64,000 nt of DNA from Coraliomargaritaceae bacterium (GCA_965656495.1 CBFHKU010000004.1:35702-99701); one strand, 5' to 3'; counted from the stretch's first letter, positions 47,929 through 57,896 are shown. Made by a program: numbers and translations. Notes: a model not told the origin generated them from the letters alone.

Positions 47929-49398
47929 CTAGCCTTCGCTTTCAATCAATTTTCGCAGAATTTCGTCGAGGGTGGCGGGATTTGCCTGACCCTTGGTTGC
48001 TTTCATGACCGGTCCCTTCAAGGCGTTGAGGGCTTTGGCGTTGCCCTCCTTAAACTGCGCCACCGCCTTGGCATTACCCGCGATGGCCTCGCGGCAGAGC
48101 GCTTCGATTTCATCGGAGTTATCGCTTTGTTCCAGACCTTCCTTTTCGACGATTGCGGCGGGCATCTCACCACTGGCATACATCGCCGCAAAAACCTCCT
48201 TACCGATTTGCTTCGTGATCACACCCTCCTCAATGAGTTTCGCCAATTCCGCGATGTGCGCCGGAGTGAGCGGGCAATCCGTGATTGAAAGGGCACTTTC
48301 CCCGTGGGCGGCACTCGCGGAGAGTTCGCGCAGCAAATCGTTGGCGATGTAATTGGCGATCGCTTTGGGGGCGTCGTGAACCGCGAGCGCTGCCTCGAAG
48401 AAGGCAGACAATTCCGGATCCGGACAGAGCACCGAGGTGATCGTAAAGGGCAAACCCAGTGCTTCCTGAAAACGGCGTTGTTTATCGTAGGGCCGCTCGG
48501 GGAGTTCCGCCTCGATTGCTGCAACGCGGGCACGGTCGAGGCGCACCGGCATGAGGTCGGGGTCCGGGAAATAACGGTAGTCGTGCGCTTCCTCTTTACT
48601 GCGAAGCGAGCTGCTGCTGCCTTTTTCGGCATTCCAGCGGCGGGTCTCCTGCGTGATGCTTTCCCCCGCATCGAGCAATTCCGCCTGCCGCGCGATTTCG
48701 TATTCAATCGCGGCCCGCACGTTTGAAATGGAATTGAGATTTTTCATCTCGGTGCGGGTTCCAAGTTGTTCGCTACCGGCGGGCTTGAGGGAAACATTGG
48801 CATCACAGCGCAATTGCCCCTTTTCCATGTCGCAATCCGAGACCCCGGTGTAATGGATCAATTGGATAAGGGCGTTGAGGAAGGCAACCGCTTCCTCCGA
48901 GGAATGGAGGTCGGGTTCGGTCACGATTTCCGCGAGGGGTACCCCGGCGCGATTGAAATCAATGACGGTATCGAAGGCCTCGTGGCTGAGTTTGCCGGGG
49001 TCTTCCTCCAAGTGAATCCGGTTGAGTTTTACGCTGCGGTGTTCGCCCTGCACATTCCGCGAGGGGCCGGGCAACTCGATCTCAACGAGCCCCCCCAGGC
49101 AAAGCGGTTCCTCGTTTTGCGTGAGCTGATAGTTCTTCGGGGAGTCGGGATAAAAGTAATTTTTGCGGTCCCATTTACAGACTTCTGCGATTTCACACCC
49201 GAGCATGAGGCCCAACTTCGCGCAGGCCTCAATCGCGGCGTGGTTGAGCACCGGCAAGGTTCCCGGCAGACCCAGCACCACTGCGTCGGTCAGGGTATTG
49301 GGTTCCGCGCCGTAGCTATAGGGCGCCGCGGTGAACATCTTCGTGCGCGTTTTGAGCTGCACGTGGATTTCAAGACCGATGACTACGTCGTATTCCAT
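47929..49398 (-). CDS. gatB: Asp/Glu-tRNA amidotransferase subunit B
   Basis: 489-aa ORF. Has MEYDVVIGLEIHVQL, NRAGVPL(A)EIV and a C-terminal YqeY-like domain. Confidence 0.95.
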   Translation of the reverse strand: MEYDVVIGLEIHVQLKTRTKMFTAAPYSYGAEPNTLTDAVVLGLPGTLPVLNHAAIEACAKLGLMLGCEIAEVCKWDRKNYFYPDSPKNYQLTQNEEPLCLGGLVEIELPGPSRNVQGEHRSVKLNRIHLEEDPGKLSHEAFDTVIDFNRAGVPLAEIVTEPDLHSSEEAVAFLNALIQLIHYTGVSDCDMEKGQLRCDANVSLKPAGSEQLGTRTEMKNLNSISNVRAAIEYEIARQAELLDAGESITQETRRWNAEKGSSSSLRSKEEAHDYRYFPDPDLMPVRLDRARVAAIEAELPERPYDKQRRFQEALGLPFTITSVLCPDPELSAFFEAALAVHDAPKAIANYIANDLLRELSASAAHGESALSITDCPLTPAHIAELAKLIEEGVITKQIGKEVFAAMYASGEMPAAIVEKEGLEQSDNSDEIEALCREAIAGNAKAVAQFKEGNAKALNALKGPVMKATKGQANPATLDEILRKLIESEG

Positions 49399-49403
49399 GA
49401 TTC

Positions 49404-50870
49404 CTAAATTGCTGCTACCTGCCGGTGATAATCGTGTGCTTGTTCAAAGGCGTGCGCCACCGCAAAGAGATCCGCCTCGCCAAATGCTTTTCCGATGACC
49501 TGCAACCCAATCGGCAGGCCCGCACTCGTCAGGCCGCTGGGAAGCGACAGCGCCGGCAAGCCCGCAAGATTCACCGCAATGGTGTAGATATCACTCAGAT
49601 ACATCGCGAGGGGATCGTCGCTGCGCTCCCCGCGCTTAAAGGCGGGGGTCGGTGAGGTCGGTGAGAGGATTGCGTCCACCTGTTCAAAAGCGGTTTCAAA
49701 ATCGCGGCGAATCAAGGTGCGCACTTTTTGCGCGCGCAGGTAATAGGCATCGTAGTAACCCGAACTGAGGACATAGGTTCCGAGAATGATGCGGCGCTTG
49801 ACCTCATCGCCAAAGCCCTCGCCCCGACTCTTCGTGAAAAGACTGAGGGCATCATTTGCCTCCGCGCTGCGGTGACCATAGCGCACCCCGTCAAAGCGGG
49901 CGAGATTCGAGGAAGCCTCCGCCGTTGCGATGATATAATAAACCGGCACGGAGAGGTGGGCATGCGGAAGGGAAATATCCACGATTTCCGATCCCTGTTG
50001 GCGATACCAATCGATTGCGGCCTCGATATTGGCCTTCACCTCCGGGTCGATCCCCTCCGCAAGAAATTCGCGCGGCACGCCGAGTTTCCACGGCCCCTTG
50101 CGGGTTTTGAGCTCGGCGCGGAAATCCGGGACTTCCGGCATCGCAATGGAAGTTGAATCAAGGGGATCCTTGCCCAGCATTGCCTGAAACAGGATGGCGG
50201 CATCCTCCACGGTGCGCGACATCGGCCCCGCCTGATCCAGCGAGGAGGCAAATGCTACCAGCCCGCAACGGGAGACGAGCCCGTAAGTGGGTTTCATTCC
50301 GACGACCCCGCACAGCGCTGCCGGTTGGCGGATCGAGCCCCCGGTGTCGGTGCCGATCGTCGCGATGGCCTCCCCTGCCGCGAGGGCGGCGGCACTACCT
50401 CCGGAAGAACCACCGGGAATGCGTTCGAGATCCCAGGGGTTGGCGGTGGTGGCGTAAGCGGAATTTTCGGTGGAAGAACCCATTGCGAATTCGTCCATGT
50501 TGAGACGACCCCAGAGCACCGCGCCGGCTGCCTTGAGCTTCGCAATCACGGTCGCATCGTAAGGGGAAACAAAATTATCGAGGATTTTAGAGGCACAGCG
50601 CAGGGGTTGCCCTTCAACCGCGAGAATGTCCTTAATGCCAAGCGGGATGCCGTCCAGCGGACCCAGCGCTTTTCCGGCGGCACGGCGTTCGTCCGAGGCG
50701 CGCGCCTGCGCGAGGGCGTCCTCCGCATCATAATGAATAAAGGCCTGCACTTTGGCTTCGACCGCCTCGGTGCGGGCGATGACCGCTTCGGTCAGCACGA
50801 CGGAACTGAGGGAACCCGCCTCCAAGGCAGCGGATAGCTCAGCAATGGTTTGATGGTATAACTCGGGCAT
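49404..50870 (-). CDS. gatA: Asp/Glu-tRNA amidotransferase subunit A
   Basis: Amidase signature GGSSGGSAAALAAG. The start is placed at MPELYHQTIAELSAAL (ATG 50870). The 43-codon Arg-rich extension in the track ORF overlaps gatC. Confidence 0.95.
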   Translation of the reverse strand: MPELYHQTIAELSAALEAGSLSSVVLTEAVIARTEAVEAKVQAFIHYDAEDALAQARASDERRAAGKALGPLDGIPLGIKDILAVEGQPLRCASKILDNFVSPYDATVIAKLKAAGAVLWGRLNMDEFAMGSSTENSAYATTANPWDLERIPGGSSGGSAAALAAGEAIATIGTDTGGSIRQPAALCGVVGMKPTYGLVSRCGLVAFASSLDQAGPMSRTVEDAAILFQAMLGKDPLDSTSIAMPEVPDFRAELKTRKGPWKLGVPREFLAEGIDPEVKANIEAAIDWYRQQGSEIVDISLPHAHLSVPVYYIIATAEASSNLARFDGVRYGHRSAEANDALSLFTKSRGEGFGDEVKRRIILGTYVLSSGYYDAYYLRAQKVRTLIRRDFETAFEQVDAILSPTSPTPAFKRGERSDDPLAMYLSDIYTIAVNLAGLPALSLPSGLTSAGLPIGLQVIGKAFGEADLFAVAHAFEQAHDYHRQVAAI

Positions 50871-50890
50871 CGCAGCTTTTTCCAATGTAG

Positions 50891-51184
50891 TTATTCCACA
50901 ACCTTTGGCACAACGACCTGCTGGTCGCGCGACTCGGGCGCCATCGCGGTGAGCGTCTCCGGCGCGTAAACCGGCCCGGCGTTGTCGCCTTCGCGCCAAA
51001 TATTTTCCACGGGATGCGCATGGGCGGTCGGTTCGACCCCGGACACGTCGACCCCCTTGAGGGCTTCAAAATGTTCAAGGATGGCGTCCAGTTGCCCGCC
51101 CAGTTTTTTCTTTTCGGCATCGTTGAGTTCGATGCGGGCAAGACGGGCGACGTAATCAATATCGAGATGGGCGTGATCGGTCAT
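50891..51184 (-). CDS. gatC: Asp/Glu-tRNA amidotransferase subunit C
   Basis: 97-aa reading from MTDHAHLDIDYVARLARIELNDAEKKKLGGQLDAILEHFEAL. Typical GatC length and sequence. Confidence 0.9.
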   Translation of the reverse strand: MTDHAHLDIDYVARLARIELNDAEKKKLGGQLDAILEHFEALKGVDVSGVEPTAHAHPVENIWREGDNAGPVYAPETLTAMAPESRDQQVVVPKVVE

Positions 51185-51197
51185 GAGAATTAAAATG

Positions 51198-52430
51198 CTA
51201 TTCGGAAGGCCCCCAACGCTTGGTAAAGGGATAATAGATAAAGATGGCGCGTCCAATAACCGATTTCTGCGGGACGTAGCCCCAGTAGCGACTGTCCGCC
51301 GAGTTGGCGGAATTATCGCCCAAGGCCACAAACTCATTTTCGGGCACTTTCATAGTGGCACCCACTCCCAACAGGCCAACATTCTTATAGCCGACGTATT
51401 CACCCTCCTGCGCGGCGTTGCGCTCAAAAGCCGCGACCTCATCGCGGGGCTGTCCGTCCACCAAGAGGGCGTGATCTTTTATCTCCAGAGTCTCGCCCTC
51501 TTTTCCGGCGAGCCGTTTGATGTAATATTTCGGCGTGTAGTCGTTGGTCGCCCTACCCACCGCGTCCAATATTTGATCCGTGCGAAACACAAAGGGATCG
51601 CCCACTTTCGGTTTGCGGAAATGATACGTAAGGCGGTCCACAAATAGCGCATCTCCCAAACGGATATCAAAGGAGAGAATCGATTCGCCCGCCTTAATTT
51701 GGCGTCCGGTAGCCCAGCGCTCGAGTCGGGGATCGATGCTGGCGATGCGCCGAGGGTTTTCCCCCGCACTTAGGCTATCGATCACCTGATCCATCTGAAA
51801 TTCCGCAGGCACGCGCAAACGATGCGGGGTATCGCCTACAAAAAGTGTGTATTCCTTGAATTGGGCGGGCAAAAGACCGAACCATTTGCGGCCCTTAACC
51901 ACTTGATAGAAAGCAATGCTGTCATTGCTTTGCGTGCGGGCCTTTTGGATCGATAGCTCGCCGGAAGCAGTCGCCACCAAATTATGATGGCGGGCGCCCT
52001 GCGTCAGGAAATTGAAAACTTTTTGCGGGGCAGAAGGTGCTTCCCCTGTACTGTAAATTCGCTCTTTCATTCCACTGTAGGTCGGATACATGGAATTGGT
52101 GGGAATGATGAACGGTTGAAAAAAGAAGGAACGGATCCCGATCACCACAATTGCCGCGACCAGGATGACTTCGATATTGTCACTGAGAAAGGTCTTCGGG
52201 TAAATCTTGCCACCGATTTTCTTCAAATGCGCGTGGAGCGGTTCCATCGCGGCGTGGCAAGCTTCATCCCCCGCGGCTTTATCGGCAAGGACCGCCTTCA
52301 AATCTTCCATGAGCGCATCCAACCGGGCGAGATCCTCTGAGGAGGTAAGATCGCGCCGGTAATGGTAAATCTTACCTGCAGCGTGCAAGAGCTCCCGAGC
52401 TTGTTTGTGAAGCTTTTTCATATCTTTCAT
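51198..52430 (-). CDS. lepB: signal peptidase I
   Basis: Has PTNSMYPT (catalytic Ser), GDALFVDR, and GDNSANSADSRYWGYV box E. The start is placed at MKDMKKLHK (52430), downstream of the lepA stop. Confidence 0.85.
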   Translation of the reverse strand: MKDMKKLHKQARELLHAAGKIYHYRRDLTSSEDLARLDALMEDLKAVLADKAAGDEACHAAMEPLHAHLKKIGGKIYPKTFLSDNIEVILVAAIVVIGIRSFFFQPFIIPTNSMYPTYSGMKERIYSTGEAPSAPQKVFNFLTQGARHHNLVATASGELSIQKARTQSNDSIAFYQVVKGRKWFGLLPAQFKEYTLFVGDTPHRLRVPAEFQMDQVIDSLSAGENPRRIASIDPRLERWATGRQIKAGESILSFDIRLGDALFVDRLTYHFRKPKVGDPFVFRTDQILDAVGRATNDYTPKYYIKRLAGKEGETLEIKDHALLVDGQPRDEVAAFERNAAQEGEYVGYKNVGLLGVGATMKVPENEFVALGDNSANSADSRYWGYVPQKSVIGRAIFIYYPFTKRWGPSE

Positions 52431-52464
52431 TACATCAAGGGTGCAGATGCCGGCTTTGCAAACC

Positions 52465-54273
52465 CTAACCGCCGTCCGAGGTTTTAAGAATCTTAATAAA
52501 GGCATCCTGCGGAATCGAAACACTGCCGATATTCTTCATCCGTTTCTTACCCTCCTTTTGTTTTTCAAGGAGTTTGCGTTTGCGGGAAATATCGCCGCCA
52601 TAACACTTTGCGGTCACGTCCTTCCGGTAAGCACTGATGGTTTCACGCGCCACGACCTTGCCCCCAATCGCCGCCTGCACCGCGATCTTAAACATTTGCC
52701 GAGGAAGGATTTCCTTGAGGCGTTTACAAAGAGCACGCCCCCGACCCTCCGCTTTCTCGATGTGCACAATCGAAGAAAACGCGTCGACCTGTTCCTGATT
52801 CACCAAAATGTCCAGACGGCACAGCTTCGCGCGTTCATATCCGTCCATCTCGTAATCCATCGAGCCGTAGCCGTGGGTGATGCTCTTGAGACGATCGTTG
52901 AAGTCCACGAGGATTTCATTCAGCGGGACACGACACACCAGCATGACGCGGGAATTGTCAATGGTCTCGGTGTGTTCACAGATGCCGCGCTTTTCGCTCA
53001 TCAAAGCCAGCACATCGCCAATCGAATCGCTCGGGATGTGGACCGAGGCCTTGATCATGGGTTCTTCAATAAAGTCGATCTCCGCCGGTTCCGGCAAATG
53101 CACGGGATTGTGCACCTCGATCATGGTTCCATCCGTTTGGGTGACATGATACACAACACTGGGATAGGTTGAAATAACATCGAGGTCGTATTCCCGCCGG
53201 ATGCGTTCCTGAATAATCTCCATGTGCAGGAGGCCGAGGAATCCACAGCGGAAGCCAAAACCCAGCGCTACCGAATTTTCCGACTGATACACAAAGGCGG
53301 CATCATTCAAGCGCAGCTTACCCATCGAGGCCTTGAGTTTGTTGTAATCATTCGTGTCGATCGGGTAAATTCCACTGAAGACCATCGGGCTCACCGCCTT
53401 GTAACCCGGCAACATCTCCTGCGCGAGGGCGTTGCTGTGGGTGATCGTGTCACCGAGCTTGATTTCCGCCACGTCACGGATGTTCGTAACGATATAGCCC
53501 ACGTCTCCCGCTTGCAGGCTTTCCTGTTTCGTCATTGCCGGTGAAAATTTCCCCACCTCCTTGACCTGCGCCTTTCGGCCATCGCTCATCGTCACAATCG
53601 CATCGCTCGCTTTAACCTGCCCCGAGAAGACCCGCACATAACAAATCACGCCCTTAAAGGCATCATAGACGCAGTCAAAGATGAGCACCCGCAAACCCTC
53701 GACCTCCGCCCAGCGCGGCTTTGGCACCCGCGCCACCGCTGCCGCCATGAGATCCTCGACCCCGAGCCCGGACTTGCCGCTCGTCAGAATCGCCTCATCT
53801 GCCGGGATCGCCAGCACGTCCTCCAGTTGCGCCTGAATCGCCGGCACATCCGCACTCGGTAAATCCACCTTGTTGATGACCGGAATAATCTCCAAGCCCT
53901 GTTCCAGCGCCAAATGCGCATTGGCCACCGTCTGCGCCTCAATCCCCTGCGCGGCATCAATCAAAAGCATCGCGCCCTCACAGGCCGCCAAACTGCGCGA
54001 GACCTCATACGAGAAATCCACGTGCCCGGGGGTGTCGATCAAGTTGAAAGTATAATCCTGCCCATCCGCAGCCTTGTATACCATCGAAACCGGATGGCTC
54101 TTAATCGTGATCCCCCGTTCCCGCTCCAAATCCATTGAATCCAGCAACTGGTCCTTCATCTCCCGCAGTTCCACCGTCCGCGTCAATTCCAGGATGCGGT
54201 CCGACAAAGTGGTCTTACCGTGATCCACGTGGGCGATGATGCAAAAATTGCGGGTGTGTTCTAAATCGGGCAT
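52465..54273 (-). CDS. lepA: translation elongation factor 4
   Basis: 602-aa ORF. Has [32 protein letters not shown] and the LepA C-terminal domain. Confidence 0.95.
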   Translation of the reverse strand: MPDLEHTRNFCIIAHVDHGKTTLSDRILELTRTVELREMKDQLLDSMDLERERGITIKSHPVSMVYKAADGQDYTFNLIDTPGHVDFSYEVSRSLAACEGAMLLIDAAQGIEAQTVANAHLALEQGLEIIPVINKVDLPSADVPAIQAQLEDVLAIPADEAILTSGKSGLGVEDLMAAAVARVPKPRWAEVEGLRVLIFDCVYDAFKGVICYVRVFSGQVKASDAIVTMSDGRKAQVKEVGKFSPAMTKQESLQAGDVGYIVTNIRDVAEIKLGDTITHSNALAQEMLPGYKAVSPMVFSGIYPIDTNDYNKLKASMGKLRLNDAAFVYQSENSVALGFGFRCGFLGLLHMEIIQERIRREYDLDVISTYPSVVYHVTQTDGTMIEVHNPVHLPEPAEIDFIEEPMIKASVHIPSDSIGDVLALMSEKRGICEHTETIDNSRVMLVCRVPLNEILVDFNDRLKSITHGYGSMDYEMDGYERAKLCRLDILVNQEQVDAFSSIVHIEKAEGRGRALCKRLKEILPRQMFKIAVQAAIGGKVVARETISAYRKDVTAKCYGGDISRKRKLLEKQKEGKKRMKNIGSVSIPQDAFIKILKTSDGG

Positions 54274-54446
54274 GGCGCAGTCAAACCCTCTACCTTCGTT
54301 CTGGTAGCGGAAAACTCAATCTCTTTGTTCCTCAATATTTCTGGCTTGCTGAAATCGACAAAAAGTAATGCCCTGCAAATAATATGAACAAAATACATTT
54401 TACAGTGTATATTCGTATTTAAGCTATCCTTACACTAACAATTCGC

Positions 54447-55112
54447 ATGATCCGATTCCTACTCTTCCTCAACGCCCTGGTTTTCATTCAACTTCAGGCA
54501 GACAAAATTACGGAATTTACTTTCGATGGCCATCTCTATCAGGTGTATGACGATTTAGAAAGCTGGAACGACGCTCGAGTCGACGCGGCAAGCAAAATAT
54601 ATAGCGGAGTATCCGGCTATCTAGCAGAAATCAACAGTGCTGCGGAAAACACTGCAATTTTCAATGCCCTTCAAGCCAACGACAGCAGCTTTACTCAAAC
54701 GGCTGGTGACGGCGGTGGCGCGCGCTACGTTTGGATCGGTGCCAACGATAGCCTGAACGAAGGCACCTGGGTCTGGGACAATAGCGGCACTAATTTTTGG
54801 ACCGGAGACGGGCAAACCGGTTCCGCACAGGGTGGTAACTACGAGAACTGGGGCAGCAGGGATAACTGGTATGAGCCCGACGATTATCTAGGCAATCAGG
54901 ACGCCGGCGCCATTGCATTGGATGATTGGCCTGTAGGTACAGCCGGAGAATGGAACGATATAGATGGCAATAATACGATGCCCTACATCGTCGAATTTGA
55001 CACCGTGCCCGAATACTCCCAGTTGGGTTTGGTACTAGGGCTGGGTAGCCTTGGCACCCTTCTCTTGCGCAGGCACCGCTCCCGCTCCAAATCCATCGAA
55101 TCCAGCAACTAG
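54447..55112 (+). CDS. cysteine-free C-type lectin-domain protein with PEP-CTERM-like tail
   Basis: 221-aa ORF with a signal peptide. CTLD pattern: W..A...A...[14 protein letters not shown]...[19 protein letters not shown]...NYENW...GEWNDI....YIVEF. The tail is [23 protein letters not shown]. The last ~12 codons are read from the antisense of a duplicated lepA fragment. Confidence 0.75.
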   Translation: MIRFLLFLNALVFIQLQADKITEFTFDGHLYQVYDDLESWNDARVDAASKIYSGVSGYLAEINSAAENTAIFNALQANDSSFTQTAGDGGGARYVWIGANDSLNEGTWVWDNSGTNFWTGDGQTGSAQGGNYENWGSRDNWYEPDDYLGNQDAGAIALDDWPVGTAGEWNDIDGNNTMPYIVEFDTVPEYSQLGLVLGLGSLGTLLLRRHRSRSKSIESSN

Positions 55113-55272
55113 TCCTGCATCTCCCGCAGTACCACCGTCCGCGTCAATTCCAGGATGCGGTCCGACAAAGTGGTCTTACCGTGATCCACGTGGGCGATGA
55201 TGCAAAAATTGCGGGTGTGTTCTAAATCGGGCATGGCGCAGTCAAACCCTCTACCTTCGTTCAGGTAGCGGA
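55076..55272 (-). pseudogene. duplicated lepA 5' fragment (about 38 bp upstream plus the first ~53 codons) with an in-frame stop
   Basis: 197 bp collinear with 54115-54311, with about 5 substitutions. Reads [41 protein letters not shown]-stop (TAG from the ACTGG>ACTAG change). Confidence 0.85.
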
Positions 55273-55376
55273 TAGCTTGAGCCCTGACGCTGGTAAATCA
55301 ATCAACGCATCCTGATTCTCCTTTGAATTTGCGCTTTCCATGAATTTTAAAAGGTGTTATTCAATTTTATAAATTA

Positions 55377-56078
55377 ATGAAATTTTTGACTTATTTAATA
55401 AAGATAAGCCGATGGTTCAGGATCATGGTATTTATCGTCCTCGCGTGGAACATGGGCGTTTCTGAACTGCACGCTCGCGAATGGGTAAACCATGAGGGCC
55501 AAAAATTAATCGCGGATCTCCTCGAAGTCGTTGATGCCAAAACGATCAAACTTCGCTCTGCAGTAAACGGACGCATCTATAACTATCCCATCGAAAAGCT
55601 TTGCGCTGATGATCAAAAGTTTGTGCGGGATTACATCCAGGCGAAATCACAAAAAGCGGCTACTTTACTAACTGAGAAATCCGGCCCGAAACCAAGCAAG
55701 CGCCGAGCGAAATGGACAGAGGATTATAAGGAAGCTCAAAATGAAGCAAAGGAGCACGATCTCCCCATTCTATTACTTTTCACCGGCTCGGATTGGTGTG
55801 GGTATTGTATAAGGCTGGAGGATGCAGTCTTCAGCGAGCGGGACTTCGAGAAATTTGCGGACCAGAATATTGTCTTGATGAAAGCTGATTTTCCCCGAGC
55901 TAAGCAAAAGTCCGCAATCAAAAAACAGAATGCTGAACTCAAAAAAGAATTCAAAGCATCAGGCTATCCCAGCGTTTTCATCCTCAGCCCTAGAGGAAAA
56001 ACACTCGGGCGTATTCACGGCTATGGGGGATGGTCGGTAGATGAGTATATCGATAAAATCGAAAAAATTATTCGCTAA
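55377..56078 (+). CDS. secreted SHD1-domain + thioredoxin-fold (DUF255/TlpA-like) protein
   Basis: 233-aa ORF. REWVNHEGQKLIADLLEVVDAKTIKLRSAVNGRIYNYPIEKLCADDQKFV resembles the SLA1-homology SHD1 domain common in Planctomycetota/Verrucomicrobiota. The thioredoxin-like FTGSDWCGYC motif follows. Confidence 0.7.
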   Translation: MKFLTYLIKISRWFRIMVFIVLAWNMGVSELHAREWVNHEGQKLIADLLEVVDAKTIKLRSAVNGRIYNYPIEKLCADDQKFVRDYIQAKSQKAATLLTEKSGPKPSKRRAKWTEDYKEAQNEAKEHDLPILLLFTGSDWCGYCIRLEDAVFSERDFEKFADQNIVLMKADFPRAKQKSAIKKQNAELKKEFKASGYPSVFILSPRGKTLGRIHGYGGWSVDEYIDKIEKIIR

Positions 56079-56143
56079 ATTAAAAGACGGCATTTCCGCA
56101 AATCTTAACCTTCAATACTTCAGCACCCCATAATCCTCCGCCC

Positions 56144-56884
56144 ATGAAAAACAAACCACTCCGCATCGCCTTTCTTTCGACTTTCATCAGCCTATTGCCG
56201 CTCCAAATAGCCAGTGCTCAAGCTGCCAACGAAACGCCCCACATCGAAGTAAGCGGTCAGGGGCTCATGGAGGCGGAACCGGAACTCCTGCGCTGGGATA
56301 TTGAGGTCGAGAACCGGGGCCCCGATATTGCGCAGTTGGCGGAGGTGCACGCCAACGAGGTTGCCCGAATTTTAAAAGCCATTGAAAAACTGGGAGTCCC
56401 CAAAGACCGCATTCAGACCAGCCGGCCAAAACTAAGCGAGCACTATACCCGCAAGAACAACAGCAACGTAAAGGATGGCTACGAGGCCTCGACCCGTATC
56501 GCCTTTGAACTAACCAACATCAATCAATACGATGCGGTTTGGCGCGACTTGTCCAAATTCGAAAGCCTCCGGATTCGCAATTCCACTTGGGGTCTCGACC
56601 ACGAGACCCTCGCACAGATTCAGGCAAAAGCCCGCCTCAAGGCGATCGAGGACGCCCGCCTCAAAGCGATCGAAATGGCGGGAGCCCTTGGAATGGAAGT
56701 CGGATCACCCCTGCGTATCAGCGAAAGCCGCGGAGCCCGCCCCTACCCGATGGCAGATGCCATGGTACTATCAGCAGCCCCGCGCAATGGCGGCTCGGGC
56801 CCTGCTCACGCTGCCGGAATGCTGGCGGTGCGCGCCGAGGTCACGATCGTCTTTGCCATTCACGCGGCAGAGCTTGAGCACTGA
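56144..56884 (+). CDS. SIMPL-domain (DUF541) periplasmic protein
   Basis: 246-aa ORF with a signal peptide. Has IEVSGQGLMEAEPELLRWDIEVE...AKARLKAIEDARLKAIEMAGALG and a typical SIMPL layout. Confidence 0.75.
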   Translation: MKNKPLRIAFLSTFISLLPLQIASAQAANETPHIEVSGQGLMEAEPELLRWDIEVENRGPDIAQLAEVHANEVARILKAIEKLGVPKDRIQTSRPKLSEHYTRKNNSNVKDGYEASTRIAFELTNINQYDAVWRDLSKFESLRIRNSTWGLDHETLAQIQAKARLKAIEDARLKAIEMAGALGMEVGSPLRISESRGARPYPMADAMVLSAAPRNGGSGPAHAAGMLAVRAEVTIVFAIHAAELEH

Positions 56885-57149
56885 TACCCTCCCGCTTTTT
56901 TCGGGATTTTGCCTTCCCCCGCGTCATTGCGGCAAAGCCACAATGCATTTGCCCGGCCTCCCCTTCCGGTCCCGCCAATGCCCGAACAATGAACCGCGCC
57001 TGCTCGCATTCCCATTGAACGAGCTTCCCCGCCTTGGGTTTAGCCTGAATATCGGTCCGCTATCTTTTAAAATAACGTGAAAATAATTTAAAAAATAATA
57101 ATTTTTCACTTGCTAATTTATTTAGTAGGCCATAAAAGCTAATTTAGCA

Positions 57150-57896
57150 ATGAACGTATATCTAGCTGAGGCAACGGGAACTGCCATTCTTATTCTACTG
57201 GGTAATGGGGTGGTCGCCAATGTGGTGCTCAATCAATCCAAGGGACAAAAGAGCGGATGGATCGTCATAACAGCCGGCTGGGGCATGGCGGTCGCGCTGG
57301 CGGTTTATACCGTGGGTCGAATTTCCGGCGCGCACATTAATCCAGCGGAGACGGTGGCACTCGCTTCAATTGACGCCTTTGAATGGGCCAAAGTACCGGG
57401 TTATATCGCGGCGCAGATGCTCGGAGCTTTTGTTGGCTCGGTGCTGGTCTATCTTGCTTACTTTGCCCACTGGGCGGTTACCGAAGATGAAAAAAGCAAA
57501 CTGGCGTGTCATTGCACCGCCCCTGCCATCCGTAAAAACGGCCCCGCTTTTATGACAGAGGTCATTGGGACCGCGATGCTGATTTTCGGTGTCCTTGCAC
57601 TCGGGAAGGTCGCCCTTGGCGCGCAAGACGGGCAAGAAGCCTGGACCCTCGCAGTGGGCACCTGGTTTGGCCCCCTCTTGGTGGGCCTCCTCGTCTTTGC
57701 GATTGGTCTCTCCCTCGGCGGTCCCACCGGATATGCCATCAATCCCGCCCGCGACCTCGGCCCCCGCCTCGCGCATTTCCTCCTGCCCATTCCCGGAAAA
57801 GGCGACTCTGATTGGTCCTATGCCTGGATTCCTGTCGTAGCTCCCCTTCTGGGTGGCATTCTGGGCGCTAACCTATTTATCATACTCCAACTTTAA
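57150..57896 (+). CDS. glpF: aquaglyceroporin (MIP family)
   Basis: 248-aa ORF with two NPA boxes (GAHINPAETVA and YAINPARDLGPR). Confidence 0.9.
   Translation: MNVYLAEATGTAILILLGNGVVANVVLNQSKGQKSGWIVITAGWGMAVALAVYTVGRISGAHINPAETVALASIDAFEWAKVPGYIAAQMLGAFVGSVLVYLAYFAHWAVTEDEKSKLACHCTAPAIRKNGPAFMTEVIGTAMLIFGVLALGKVALGAQDGQEAWTLAVGTWFGPLLVGLLVFAIGLSLGGPTGYAINPARDLGPRLAHFLLPIPGKGDSDWSYAWIPVVAPLLGGILGANLFIILQL

Noticed and set aside
50871-50999. N-terminal extensions in track ORFs: gatA to 50999, gatC to 51337, leuS from 30880, leuB from 37825, sulfatase to 6368, lepB to 52523, AKR to 20417
   Set aside because: The extensions overlap neighbouring genes or lack family-typical sequence. Internal ATGs give canonical N-termini or signal peptides and classic ATGA couplings.
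54447-55272. Diversity-generating retroelement (the C-type lectin fold is the classic DGR target, and there is a nearby imperfect repeat)
   Set aside because: The repeat is a copy of lepA, not a template repeat of the lectin variable region. The mismatches are not adenine-specific. No reverse transcriptase or Avd is present in the window.
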